Shown: positions 44,650 through 53,495, numbered from the stretch's first letter. The stretch is DNA of 64,000 bases from Phycisphaeraceae bacterium (GCA_965230275.1 CBDDKO010000002.1:1541294-1605293); one strand, 5' to 3'. A program made the numbers and translations. The notes: generated from the sequence alone by a model not told the origin.

Positions 44650-45639
44650 TCAACTAGATAGGATCGCTTCGATCGCGCTGATTTCCTGATCTGACAGTTC
44701 GGGATTATTCAAAGCGGCGATGCAGTCTTCGACCTGACTCATCTTGCTTGCGCCGATCAACGCGCTGGTGACAGTGTGTCTGCGCAACACCCAACTCAGC
44801 GCGAGCTGCGCGAGGCTTTGGCCGCGCTGGTGTGCGATGTCGTTGAGTGCACGGACTTTTTCCAGCTTCTCGTCGGTGATCGAATCCTGTTGCAAGAAAC
44901 CGTGTTCCTTGGCGGCGCGGGAATCAGTGGGGACACCCTGCAGGTATTTGTTGGTGAGCAGCCCCTGCGCGAGCGGGCAGAAGACGATGCAGCCGACGCC
45001 TTCGTCGTCGAGCGTGTCGAGCAGGCCGTCTTCGATCCAGCGGTCGAACATGCTGTAGGAAGGCTGGTGGATCAGGCACGGCGTGCCGAGCTTGCGCAGT
45101 TCTTCGGTTGCGCGTCGGGTCAGGTCGGGCGGGTAGCTGGAGATGCCGGCGTAGAGCGCCTTGCCGGAGCGGACGATCTGGTCGAGCGCGCCCATCGACT
45201 CTTCGATCGGCGTGTCGGGGTCCGGCCGATGGTGGTAAAAGATGTCGACGTAGTCCAGGCCCATGCGCTTCAGGCTCTGGTCGCAGCTGGCGATGAGGTA
45301 CTTGCGTGAGCCCAGGTCGCCGTAGGGCCCGGGCCACATGAGGTAGCCGGCCTTGGAGGAGATGACCATCTCGTCGCGGTAGCGGCCGAGGCCTTCCTTG
45401 AGGATCTTGCCGAAGTTGGCTTCGGCGCTGCCCGGCGGCGGGCCGTAGTTGTTGGCCAGATCGAAGTGGGTGATCCCCAGGTCGAACGCGCCGTGGATCA
45501 TGGCCCGGGCCTCGTCGTAAGGATCAACGTCTCCGAAGTTGTGCCAGAGCCCCAGCGAAATGGCGGGCAGCATCAGGCCGCTGTGGCCGCAGCGGCGGTA
45601 AGTCATCGTGTCGTAACGGTTGTCGGCGGGTTGGTGCAT
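44650..45639 (-). CDS. gpr: Aldo/keto reductase, L-glyceraldehyde 3-phosphate reductase (YghZ/Gpr) family
   Basis: From ATG 45639: MHQPADNRYDTMTYRRCGHSGLMLPAISLGLWHNFG...FDLGITHFDLANNYGPPPGSAEANFG...GSRKYLIASCDQSLKRMGLDYVDIFYHHRPD... is collinear with E. coli YghZ as recalled from memory. The upstream extension in the ORF track (to 45975) is translated repeat DNA. Confidence 0.85.
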   Translation of the reverse strand: MHQPADNRYDTMTYRRCGHSGLMLPAISLGLWHNFGDVDPYDEARAMIHGAFDLGITHFDLANNYGPPPGSAEANFGKILKEGLGRYRDEMVISSKAGYLMWPGPYGDLGSRKYLIASCDQSLKRMGLDYVDIFYHHRPDPDTPIEESMGALDQIVRSGKALYAGISSYPPDLTRRATEELRKLGTPCLIHQPSYSMFDRWIEDGLLDTLDDEGVGCIVFCPLAQGLLTNKYLQGVPTDSRAAKEHGFLQQDSITDEKLEKVRALNDIAHQRGQSLAQLALSWVLRRHTVTSALIGASKMSQVEDCIAALNNPELSDQEISAIEAILSS

Positions 45640-45642
45640 GGC

Positions 45643-45750
45643 GTGTAGGGTGTAGGGATTAGGGTGTGGGGTGTAGGGTTGGGGATCAGGGATCGGGGAT
45701 CGGGGATCGGGGATCGGGGATCGGGGATCGGGGATCGGGGATCGGGGGAT
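45643..45750 (+). repeat. G-tract heptad array: ~6 GGGTGTA-like units then 9 tandem GGGGATC units (45681-45743)
   Basis: Direct reading gives GTGTAGG GTGTAGG GATTAGG GTGTGGG GTGTAGG GTTGGGG ATCAGGG (ATCGGGG)x8. There are 15 runs of >=3 G within ~100 bp, all on the + strand, and 9 GATC sites at 7-bp spacing. It lies in the divergent intergenic region between gpr (start 45639) and the DUF1559 gene (start 45970). Confidence 0.95.
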
Positions 45751-45969
45751 TGTATTTCCTGCTTTCCAAATTTCCTGTTTTTCAGCTTTTCCCCTACTCA
45801 TCATAAACCAACACGGGGGCGTCAGATAGTGCTTGATCGGGGCTTGGGCGGGGGTAAAATTGGGTATGTGATGAAGCGGGCGGTGATCTCTTAGACGCCG
45901 CCGGCCCGATGCTTGTCGTAATTGTTGCTGTCCACCCATCCGGCTCCGGATGTGTCTGTCGTTAGCGCT

Positions 45970-46869
45970 ATGCACCTTCGTAAATCATCCACATCAAGCC
46001 CCCGGTGCCCCCGGAAAACCCGGCACCCCAAGAGCCGCACGAGTTCCCGACGCACCCGCCCCACTGCGCGGGGCCGTCACGGCTTCACGCTGATCGAACT
46101 GCTCGTCGTCATCGGCATCATCGCCCTGCTCGTCGGCATTCTGTTGCCTGCGCTAGCCAGTGCGCAGAGTACAGCAAGACGGATCAAATGTGCTGCCAAC
46201 ATCCAACAGCAAATGGTGGCTTGGAGTGCTTACTGGGTGGATCATGAGGAGCGATTTCCATATGGATTCGTTGGATTCGGAAACTTTGCCTTCGATGCCG
46301 GCTACGGTGGCGTAGACCCAATCAATCCACAGAGTAACCGACCGCTTCGGCCCTACATGTACCAAGCTGAAAGCTTTCATTGCCCGGATGATGATGGCGT
46401 AGAACAACCAAGAATCCCCAATTCAAGAATATCACAGCAACCGCTTTGGGATTACGAGCAAGGAGGACAATATGGATTGGCACGATATAAGCAAGCCAAT
46501 AGTTACCGAATGAATCGTTGGCTAGCTCAACTATACCCGAGGAACCCTCCTGAACTCAGAGCCAAGTATCTCAAGCCTTACGGTGTCACATTGGCCGACG
46601 TGGAAGTCGACCCTTCTGAATTGCTTCTTCTCGGGGACTCGACTTGGTTCTACTCCACACACGGCGATCACTTTGGCAATATCAACAGTATTGTTGACTG
46701 GCACAGCCCAGATCTATACGCAAACATCCTCTATCTCGATGGTCACGTCAGTTACGTGGAAGTCATCTCGCCACTAAAGTATTCGGAAGAGCAGTTGGAA
46801 AACATGGAACAGAACTTCAAGCACTGGCCATACACCACGTTCCCCAAAGATGATGAAGAGGTTGAGTAG
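45970..46869 (+). CDS. Prepilin-type N-terminal cleavage/methylation domain protein, H-X9-DG (DUF1559) family, with basic N-terminal leader
   Basis: ATG 45970 gives [68 protein letters not shown]-terminus has [20 protein letters not shown]. The C-terminal two thirds are visibly lower in G+C. Confidence 0.8.
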   Translation: MHLRKSSTSSPRCPRKTRHPKSRTSSRRTRPTARGRHGFTLIELLVVIGIIALLVGILLPALASAQSTARRIKCAANIQQQMVAWSAYWVDHEERFPYGFVGFGNFAFDAGYGGVDPINPQSNRPLRPYMYQAESFHCPDDDGVEQPRIPNSRISQQPLWDYEQGGQYGLARYKQANSYRMNRWLAQLYPRNPPELRAKYLKPYGVTLADVEVDPSELLLLGDSTWFYSTHGDHFGNINSIVDWHSPDLYANILYLDGHVSYVEVISPLKYSEEQLENMEQNFKHWPYTTFPKDDEEVE

Positions 46870-46884
46870 ACCTATAAATCAACC

Positions 46885-47883
46885 TTAGCATCGGCTAATA
46901 AGCCTTCGGTGCAGTAGTAGTGAGCTACCAAGCAAAAACGCACCGGTTGCTGGTTCGGGGACAACTTCGAGAATTGGCGGTGTGCCGGCGTTCCAGTTGC
47001 CGAGGACGATGTCGAGGTCATCCAGACCGACAAAGCCCTCGCCCGTTAAATCACCATTGTTCCAGCCTTCGATGGATTGATTCCAATTGCCCAGAATGAT
47101 GTCCATATCCTCGAGGCCCACAAAGCCATTAAGATTCACATCACCGGGCAATGGACCACAAGATGCGCAAGCCCCCGTACCATTCGGCGGGCCGCCGGTC
47201 GATGAACCTGCGGGGGTATAATCATACCTGACAACCACCGTGCCGATATGCCCCCCGTCCAAGGTAGTCTGCCATAGGTCTGCGTCATCAATACCAACGA
47301 ATCCATCAAAATTTTCATCTACACCAAAATCAATCCGAATCTCATACTCAACATTATAATCTACAAATCCAGTGCCTATAAATGGCGATATTCCCACTGG
47401 TCCATCAAAACCAAATAATACATTCAGAAATTCAAAACCATTGTCTGGGCTGGCGCTATCACCATCTACATGGTTGTAGCCAGGCCCATCGAACAACGTT
47501 TCAATCCAGAATGAATTGCGCGTTAGGAAGTTGTAGTTCTGAAGTGATGGCCCAGATACACCTGCCGTGTATAAGGCTGACCCATCAACCTCGAGTATGA
47601 CATCGTTGAGCGTTCCCCATTGTGGGTTGAACTGAGGTATCATTAATGTCTCAATACCACCTCCATCGATCGGCGGAGGATCCGATCCGGGCAAAGGCGG
47701 TAACGAATACCAAACTGCCCAAGGTGTCGGATTCTCAGAATAATTGACCGCATCTGTTAGCGTCCAAGATTCGCCAAATATGAGCGTTTCTGCTCTGGCG
47801 AACGACGACGGCCACAGGGCAATCGCAAGCAGAGCAAAACAAGCGATCCAACCCATGGTGGTCCGAGTGCGGTACATAGTCAT
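46885..47883 (-). CDS. PEP-CTERM-anchored secreted protein with two dockerin-like repeats
   Basis: ATG 47883 gives MTMYRTRTTMGWIACFALLAIALWPSSFARA (signal peptide). GDVNLNGFVGLEDMDIILGNWNQ and GDLTGEGFVGLDDLDIVLGNWNAG are the dockerin-like repeats. The C-terminus is VVPEPATGAFLLGSSLLLHRR. G+C is lower than in neighbouring genes. Confidence 0.8.
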   Translation of the reverse strand: MTMYRTRTTMGWIACFALLAIALWPSSFARAETLIFGESWTLTDAVNYSENPTPWAVWYSLPPLPGSDPPPIDGGGIETLMIPQFNPQWGTLNDVILEVDGSALYTAGVSGPSLQNYNFLTRNSFWIETLFDGPGYNHVDGDSASPDNGFEFLNVLFGFDGPVGISPFIGTGFVDYNVEYEIRIDFGVDENFDGFVGIDDADLWQTTLDGGHIGTVVVRYDYTPAGSSTGGPPNGTGACASCGPLPGDVNLNGFVGLEDMDIILGNWNQSIEGWNNGDLTGEGFVGLDDLDIVLGNWNAGTPPILEVVPEPATGAFLLGSSLLLHRRLISRC

Positions 47884-48048
47884 GTTGTGTCCCCTGAATA
47901 AAAGTGATAAGTGGTTCCCGGTCAACGCCAGCAATTTACTCGCCGAACGGATAAACAGTCAATACTAAACCACGATCATGTGGAAAAGTTTGTCAGATTC
48001 TGTGACTATATGTGAAACGGGTTAATCCAGCACCTGTTCAATCGCCGT

Positions 48049-49752
48049 CTACTCATCAGCGACTTGTTGGATGATGATGCGTAGGCGTAGCGGCTGGTCG
48101 GGGGGGGACTGCAGGAGGGGTGTGGGGGTTGTGTCCGTGATGGCCGGGTCGGTTGAGCGGGCGGCTCTGGGGGTGGGGCGCGTCATGATCTCATCGAGCA
48201 GATTGGACCAGTTGTATTGGGGCTCTTCCGTTGACTCGTCGTTGCCGGGCTTGTCGTCCGGCCGGTGTTTGGGTGGGCGGCCGTCGGGCTGGTCGGCGTT
48301 GCCGTTCATGCCGCGTGCGATACTGACGCCGGGGGTGCCGGCGGGCCAGTGGCTTTTCGTATCGACGTGACGGTTTGCCAGGGCCTTGGGCGCATCGGCC
48401 GACTCGGCTTCGGCGACGCGGACCGTGTCACCGTCGGGCTCGTCGCCGATCGGGGTGTCAATCGGCATCACCGCGACCAGTTGGGCATGCTGGCTGGGGT
48501 TGGTGTTGAGATGGTCGATCAGGACGGGGAGTTGGTCGGGCTTGATCTCGATGACCAGTTGTGATTGGCCGGGGATTCTGGGCGCGGCGTTTTCGTGTGT
48601 AAGGTTGGTGGTGGTAGCATCCAGCTTCCGGAGGCCTGTGTTTCCGGGGGCGGTGTCTAACTTCCGGGGGCCGGGGGCGGGGCTTCCGGGGTAGCGTGTG
48701 ACGACGGCACCGTTGGCCAGGGCCCAGTTGCGGATCTCACGTCTTGCGATCCGGGGGCTGGCGGCGTTGACGAGCAGTTGTGTGTGCTGTTCGATCGCCG
48801 GGATAGCCTCGTCGTTGCCATAGCCGGTGAACGGGTCGCGTTTGGCCTCGGCGGGCTTCACGGGGACGGCTTCGTCACGCATGGCCCGGGCAAGCAGGGC
48901 GCCGGATGTACCGTCGACCGCACCGGGCTGCTTCATCACGCGTATGTCGGCTGGGTCGCCTTCCGAGTCGGTCGTGTCGATGGCGGCGACTTCAACTTCG
49001 GGCCCGCCGTGGCTGAATGCGTCTGCCGGGTCATCGGGCGTAAGCGTGTCGGCGGCGTCGGCCTCGGCCAAGACGTTCGCGGATTCCATCTCCCCGGTGC
49101 CGGCCAGTGTGACGTCCTCTGCTGATCGGCCTGCCGGGTCGGCTTCGGTGGGGGCTATGTCCGCGTCTTCAACACGGGCCATTTCCATCACCGATTCGTG
49201 TGCGGCGGCGTCTTCATCGAGCGAGTCGGTGGACGCCTCGGCAAGCGCGCTGCGCGTCGGGTCATGCTCGGGCTGCAGCTCGTCGTAGACCGCGTCTTCG
49301 TCGGCTAGCGCGAGATCACTGTCGGTGTAATCCGGCGCGGGGGCGAGGTTCTTGGTCAGCGACGATGAGTGGTTGACCAGGCCGAAGGGCAGGAGCGTGG
49401 GCACGACCAGCGCGGCGCTGATCAATACAACCGCGGCCACGGCGGCGTAGGACAGGGCGCGGCGGAGCTTGTATCGGCTGGCCGGCGCGATCAGTGGCAA
49501 CGGCTCGGGCGTTTCGGGGTTGCCCAGCAGTTGATCGCGTTCGTGGGTCTGGATCGCCTGATCCACCAGGCCGACGGGCGCGGCGATCTGGCTTAGGCTG
49601 CGCAGACGTTCGCGGTCGAGCTTGAGCTGGGCGACCAGGCTGCGCAGCTCGTGGTCTTTCTCGAGCGTGGCTTCGAAAGACGCACGTTGGGCGTCGTCGA
49701 GTTCGCCTTCGACGTAGCCAAGGATCAGGTCCTGGTTGAAGCGGTCACTCAT
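48049..49752 (-). CDS. Anti-sigma factor (zf-HC2-like N-terminal domain, one TM helix, long acidic Ala/Asp/Pro-rich extracytoplasmic region)
   Basis: ATG 49752 gives [50 protein letters not shown]. The TM helix is ALSYAAVAAVVLISAALVVPTLL. The start overlaps the stop of the ECF sigma gene by 8 nt. Confidence 0.8.
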   Translation of the reverse strand: MSDRFNQDLILGYVEGELDDAQRASFEATLEKDHELRSLVAQLKLDRERLRSLSQIAAPVGLVDQAIQTHERDQLLGNPETPEPLPLIAPASRYKLRRALSYAAVAAVVLISAALVVPTLLPFGLVNHSSSLTKNLAPAPDYTDSDLALADEDAVYDELQPEHDPTRSALAEASTDSLDEDAAAHESVMEMARVEDADIAPTEADPAGRSAEDVTLAGTGEMESANVLAEADAADTLTPDDPADAFSHGGPEVEVAAIDTTDSEGDPADIRVMKQPGAVDGTSGALLARAMRDEAVPVKPAEAKRDPFTGYGNDEAIPAIEQHTQLLVNAASPRIARREIRNWALANGAVVTRYPGSPAPGPRKLDTAPGNTGLRKLDATTTNLTHENAAPRIPGQSQLVIEIKPDQLPVLIDHLNTNPSQHAQLVAVMPIDTPIGDEPDGDTVRVAEAESADAPKALANRHVDTKSHWPAGTPGVSIARGMNGNADQPDGRPPKHRPDDKPGNDESTEEPQYNWSNLLDEIMTRPTPRAARSTDPAITDTTPTPLLQSPPDQPLRLRIIIQQVADE

Positions 49753-50416
49753 GCGCCACCTCCCCCCCCCCGGAAGTTGGGCTTTCTGAAGTCTGTACCG
49801 TCGCCTGCCCGCCATTGCCCGGCACGCTGCACAGGCGGTCGACCTCCTGACGCAGGGCCAGCCTCGCCCGGAACAGCCGGCTCTTGACGGTGCCCAGGGG
49901 CAGGTCCAGGGCCTGGCTGATGTCGGCGTAGTTCTGCTGCTCGATGTCCCGCAGGACCAGCACGGCCCGGAAGTCGTCGTCGAGGTTGGCCATGGCTAGT
50001 TGCAGCTTTTCAAGCATCTCACTGTCTTGGACGCGTTGGTCGGGCGTGGGTTCACTGGGATCGGCCAGCTGCTGGCGGAGGGTGGCGGCCTGGTCGTCGC
50101 TCTGGCCGGCCTGGGCAGGCTGGTCAAGGCTGACGGTACGTCTTAGACGGCGTTTACGCAGGTGTGAGATGGACTGGTTCATGGCGATACGGGTCATCCA
50201 CGTCGCCAGGCCGGACTCCCCGCGGAACCGGCCGATGCCCTGGATGATCTTCAGGAGCACGTCCTGGCAGACCTCAGCGGCGTCGTCGGGGTGGCTGACC
50301 ATGCGGTAGCAGACGCTGTAGAGCCGGTCCTGGTAGGCGAGGAGCAGCTCCCCGATCGCCTGCTGATCGCCCCGCCGGGCCTTGGCAAGCAGCGCTTGTT
50401 CAGCCGGGTGGGTCAT
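49745..50416 (-). CDS. ECF-type RNA polymerase sigma-70 factor
   Basis: ATG 50416 gives [40 protein letters not shown] (region 2) ...[41 protein letters not shown] (region 4 HTH). Confidence 0.9.
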   Translation of the reverse strand: MTHPAEQALLAKARRGDQQAIGELLLAYQDRLYSVCYRMVSHPDDAAEVCQDVLLKIIQGIGRFRGESGLATWMTRIAMNQSISHLRKRRLRRTVSLDQPAQAGQSDDQAATLRQQLADPSEPTPDQRVQDSEMLEKLQLAMANLDDDFRAVLVLRDIEQQNYADISQALDLPLGTVKSRLFRARLALRQEVDRLCSVPGNGGQATVQTSESPTSGGGEVAHE

Positions 50417-50637
50417 GCGGAGCGGGTCCAGAAAGAGGGATGAAAACCGGGCCAATCACCGGCCGGTATACCCATGATACGGGCTACATGGCGAGGGGGT
50501 TTGGCCTGGGTGTGCCCGGCTTGAAACATGCGTGTAATATGGCTGTTTCGTACACTCAGGTCAACACACCAGGGTGTGCTCGGACGCTGCCAAGGCCTCG
50601 GCAAAACCACTATTTACGTAACCCCCGGATCAACTCC

Positions 50638-52086
50638 ATGGACGCCGATCAACGCTATGTCTCCCCGCTCGCCAGCCGAAACGCCTCGCCGCAAATGCAG
50701 GCGGTCTGGTCGCCGAGGTTCCGGTTCAGCACCTGGCGTCGGCTTTGGCTTGCCTTAGCGGAGGCGGAGCGGGAGCTTGGGCTGGATATCAGCGAAGCGC
50801 AGGTCGAGGAGTTGCGGGCTCATATTGAAGACATCGATTACGACAAGGCGGCCGAGTACGAGAAGAAGCTGCGGCACGACGTGATGGCCCATGTACACAC
50901 GCTGGGCGACGTCGCCCCGACGGCCCGGCCGATCATCCATTTGGGCGCGACCAGCCAGTTCGTCAACTGCAATACCGAGCTGATCCAGATGCGCGATGCG
51001 CTGCAGATCGTGGCCCGGAAGCTGGCGGTGGCGATCGACCGGCTGGGCAAGTTCGCGGACCAGCACAAGCACGTCCCGACGCTGGGCTTCACCCACTTCC
51101 AGCCGGCCCAGCCCACGACCGTCGGCAAACGCGCCGCCGGATGGGCGCAGGACCTGGCGCTGGCGCTGGAAGAAGTCGAGTACCGGATCGCGTCGCTGCG
51201 CTTCCGTGGCGTGAAGGGAACGACCGGGACACAGGCGTCGTTCCTCGCGCTCTTTGGTGGCGACACACCCGAGGCGCATGACAAGGTCGAGAAGCTCGAC
51301 CAACGCGTCACCGAGAAGATGGGCTGGCCCCCGGAGCGGCGTTTCTGCGTGACCGGCCAGACGTATCCGAGACTGGTAGACGGGCTGGTCGTGTCGAGCC
51401 TCGCGGCCGTTGCCAGCGCGGCACAGAAGTTTGCGACCGACGTCAGGCTGCTCGCCAACCGCAAGGAGATCGAGGAGCCGTTCGAGAAGAGCCAGATCGG
51501 CTCGTCGGCGATGGCGTACAAGCGCAACCCGATGCGTAGCGAGCGCATCTGCGGCTTGTCGCGGTTCGTCATCGGTCTGACGCAGACGCCGTTCGTCACG
51601 GCCGGGGAGCAGTGGCTTGAGCGCACGCTCGATGACTCGAGCGCGCGTAGGCTCACGCTGCCCGAGCCCTTCCTCGCGATCGACGGCGTGCTGGACTTAC
51701 TTGTCAACGTCACAAGTGGCATGGTCGTCTATGAGAAGACGATCGCTGCGAACCTGAACGCCGAACTGCCCTTCATGGCGACGGAGAACATCCTGATGGC
51801 GGCCGTGCAAGCCGGTGGGGATCGGCAAGAGCTTCACGAAGTGATCCGCACACACAGCCAGGCCGCCGCGCAGCGCGTCAAGGCCGAGGGTGCGGCGAAC
51901 GACCTGCTCGACCGGTTGAAGGATGAGCCTGCGTTTAAGGATGTGGATCTGGCCGCAGCACTCGAGCCGTCACAATTCGTCGGCCGGGCTCCACATCAGG
52001 TGGACAGCTTCATCGCCGAGGTCGTCGAGCCGATCCGCAAGCGCTATGCGGAGGCGCTGAGTTATGAAGCGTCGTTGAATGTGTGA
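50638..52086 (+). CDS. purB: Adenylosuccinate lyase
   Basis: ATG 50638 gives [44 protein letters not shown]... It has [12 protein letters not shown], and [16 protein letters not shown] is the fumarate-lyase signature S-S-x-M-x-x-K-x-N. Confidence 0.93.
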   Translation: MDADQRYVSPLASRNASPQMQAVWSPRFRFSTWRRLWLALAEAERELGLDISEAQVEELRAHIEDIDYDKAAEYEKKLRHDVMAHVHTLGDVAPTARPIIHLGATSQFVNCNTELIQMRDALQIVARKLAVAIDRLGKFADQHKHVPTLGFTHFQPAQPTTVGKRAAGWAQDLALALEEVEYRIASLRFRGVKGTTGTQASFLALFGGDTPEAHDKVEKLDQRVTEKMGWPPERRFCVTGQTYPRLVDGLVVSSLAAVASAAQKFATDVRLLANRKEIEEPFEKSQIGSSAMAYKRNPMRSERICGLSRFVIGLTQTPFVTAGEQWLERTLDDSSARRLTLPEPFLAIDGVLDLLVNVTSGMVVYEKTIAANLNAELPFMATENILMAAVQAGGDRQELHEVIRTHSQAAAQRVKAEGAANDLLDRLKDEPAFKDVDLAAALEPSQFVGRAPHQVDSFIAEVVEPIRKRYAEALSYEASLNV

Positions 52087-52088
52087 CT

Positions 52089-52139
52089 GAGCCGCGTCGC
52101 TCCCGACGAGGACCGCCGTGAGGGCACGGCGGCTCGGAC
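52089..52139 (+). repeat. REP element copy (hairpin CCGCCGTG-AGGG-CACGGCGG), orientation as at 60312-60362
   Basis: GAGCCGCGTCGCTCCCGACGAGGACCGCCGTGAGGGCACGGCGGCTCGGAC matches 60312-60362 with 4 mismatches over 51 nt. It lies between the convergent purB and nadA genes. Confidence 0.85.
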
Positions 52140-52147
52140 GATATTCG

Positions 52148-53338
52148 TCATACCCGTGAAGACTTCACGTCGCTGCGTCCCGCGGCGGTGATGTCGAGCA
52201 TGCGCTGCAGCGCCACGGTCGCCCACTTGCGGGCTTCGGGGTGGACCTTGATCGGGTTGATCACCTTGTCTTCCGCGAGGTTGTCCAGCACCCAGAGCAG
52301 GTGCGGCATGTCGATGCGGTACATCGTCGTGCAAAGGCACTGGCACTCGGACAGCATGCGGACGTGGACGTCGCGCTCCTTGGCTTTCTTCGCCAGGCGG
52401 TTGACCAGGTGGACCTCGGTGCCCACGGCCCAGTAAGTCCCGGGCTCGGCCTGTTCGATCGCCTGGATGATGCGCTCGGTCGAACCGGTGGAGTCGGCCT
52501 TCTGACAGACCTCGTACCGGCACTCGGGGTGGACGATCACGTGGACGTCCGGCCTTTCGGCGCGGGCCTGATCAACATGCTCGGGGCGGAAGAGCATGTG
52601 CACGGAGCAGTGCCCCTTCCAGAGGATATAGGTCGCATCAAGGAGGGTTTGCTCTTCGTTGCCGCCGAGGAACTCGGGGTCTCGCGGGTCCCAGACGCAG
52701 CAGGCTGTCGTGACGTCGGCGCCCATCTGGGCCGCGGTGTTTCGTCCGAGGTGCTGATCGGGGAGGAACAGGATCTTGATCTGCTCGCCATCCTGCAGCG
52801 GTGTGTCACCGCCGGCCAGCGCCCACTCATAGACGTGGTCGCAGTTGCTGGACGTGCAGACCGCCCCGCCGTGCTCGCCGCAGAAGGCCTTGATCGCGGC
52901 GGTGGAGTTCATGTAGCAGATCGGGATGATGCGGACCTTCTTGTCGTGACGGGCATAGAGGTCTTCGAGTTGTTCCCAGGCGTCGACGGTCTGCTCGTAG
53001 TCGGCCATGTCGGCCATGGAGCAGCCGGCGCCGAGGTCCGGGAGGATGACCTGGACGTCTTCATCGGTCAGGATGTCGGCGGTCTCGGCCATGAAGTGGA
53101 CGCCGGCGAAGATGACGAACTTCGCGCCGGTCTTCTTGACGCTCTCGGCGGCGAGCTGGCTGAGCTTGAAGCTGTCGCCGGTGAAGTCGGCGAAGCGGAT
53201 CACGTCATCCTGCTGGTAATGGTGGCCGAGGATGACCAGGTCGCTGTGCATCTCGGCGCGGCGCGCTGCGATCGCCTGGGCGAGTTGGTCGTCGGTCATC
53301 TCGCTATAGGCATCGGGGATCGGCGGCTGCCAGAGCAT
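52148..53338 (-). CDS. nadA: Quinolinate synthase
   Basis: 396 aa. ...LVILGHHYQQDDVIRFADFTGDSFKLSQ...FAGVHFMAETADIL...GAGCSMADMA...PECRYEV... shows the NadA pattern with conserved Cys ligands. Confidence 0.92.
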   Translation of the reverse strand: MLWQPPIPDAYSEMTDDQLAQAIAARRAEMHSDLVILGHHYQQDDVIRFADFTGDSFKLSQLAAESVKKTGAKFVIFAGVHFMAETADILTDEDVQVILPDLGAGCSMADMADYEQTVDAWEQLEDLYARHDKKVRIIPICYMNSTAAIKAFCGEHGGAVCTSSNCDHVYEWALAGGDTPLQDGEQIKILFLPDQHLGRNTAAQMGADVTTACCVWDPRDPEFLGGNEEQTLLDATYILWKGHCSVHMLFRPEHVDQARAERPDVHVIVHPECRYEVCQKADSTGSTERIIQAIEQAEPGTYWAVGTEVHLVNRLAKKAKERDVHVRMLSECQCLCTTMYRIDMPHLLWVLDNLAEDKVINPIKVHPEARKWATVALQRMLDITAAGRSDVKSSRV

Positions 53339-53423
53339 GGTGGTTTCCTTTGGGGCACTTAATGTTCTAATAGGGAATTATAGGCGGATTTGAGGGTTGG
53401 GGTGTTGCGGAGGATGGCAAGGT

Positions 53424-53480
53424 GACAGGGTGACAAGGTGACGGGGTGTAGTTGTCACCCGGTCACCTTGTCACCCTGTC
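53424..53480. repeat. 25-bp-stem inverted repeat built from GGTGAC(A) octamer units
   Basis: GACAGGGTGACAAGGTGACGGGGTG (53424-53448) pairs with CACCCGGTCACCTTGTCACCCTGTC (53456-53480) with one mismatch and a 7-nt loop. GGTGAC recurs at 8-nt spacing (53421, 53429, 53437). It is intergenic between the permease stop (53496) and the nadA start (53338). Confidence 0.9.
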
Positions 53481-53495
53481 TCCCAGTCTCCACCG

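Noticed and set aside
45681-45743. Possible CRISPR array or minisatellite-encoded peptide.
   Set aside because: The units are 7 bp with no spacers, and no cas genes or leader are present. It is a simple tandem repeat.
45640-45975. N-terminal extension of the aldo-keto reductase ORF (…PIPDPRSPIPDPRSPIPDP…) and the + strand ORF 45664-45894 (GDRGSGIGDRGSG…).
   Set aside because: Both are translations of the GGGGATC heptad array. The reductase aligns with YghZ-type proteins from the internal Met at 45639, so the repeat is intergenic.
48100-48107. G8 tract near the 3' end of the anti-sigma gene as a second phase-variation site.
   Set aside because: It is shorter than the G10 tract and lies in the last ~20 codons, so slippage would have little consequence. 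Noted but not pursued.
50440-50637. Long N-terminal extension of purB in the ORF track, and a possible riboswitch in the purB leader.
   Set aside because: Homology to adenylosuccinate lyase starts at the Met at 50638. The leader shows no purine-riboswitch-like conserved junction sequence that I can recognise.
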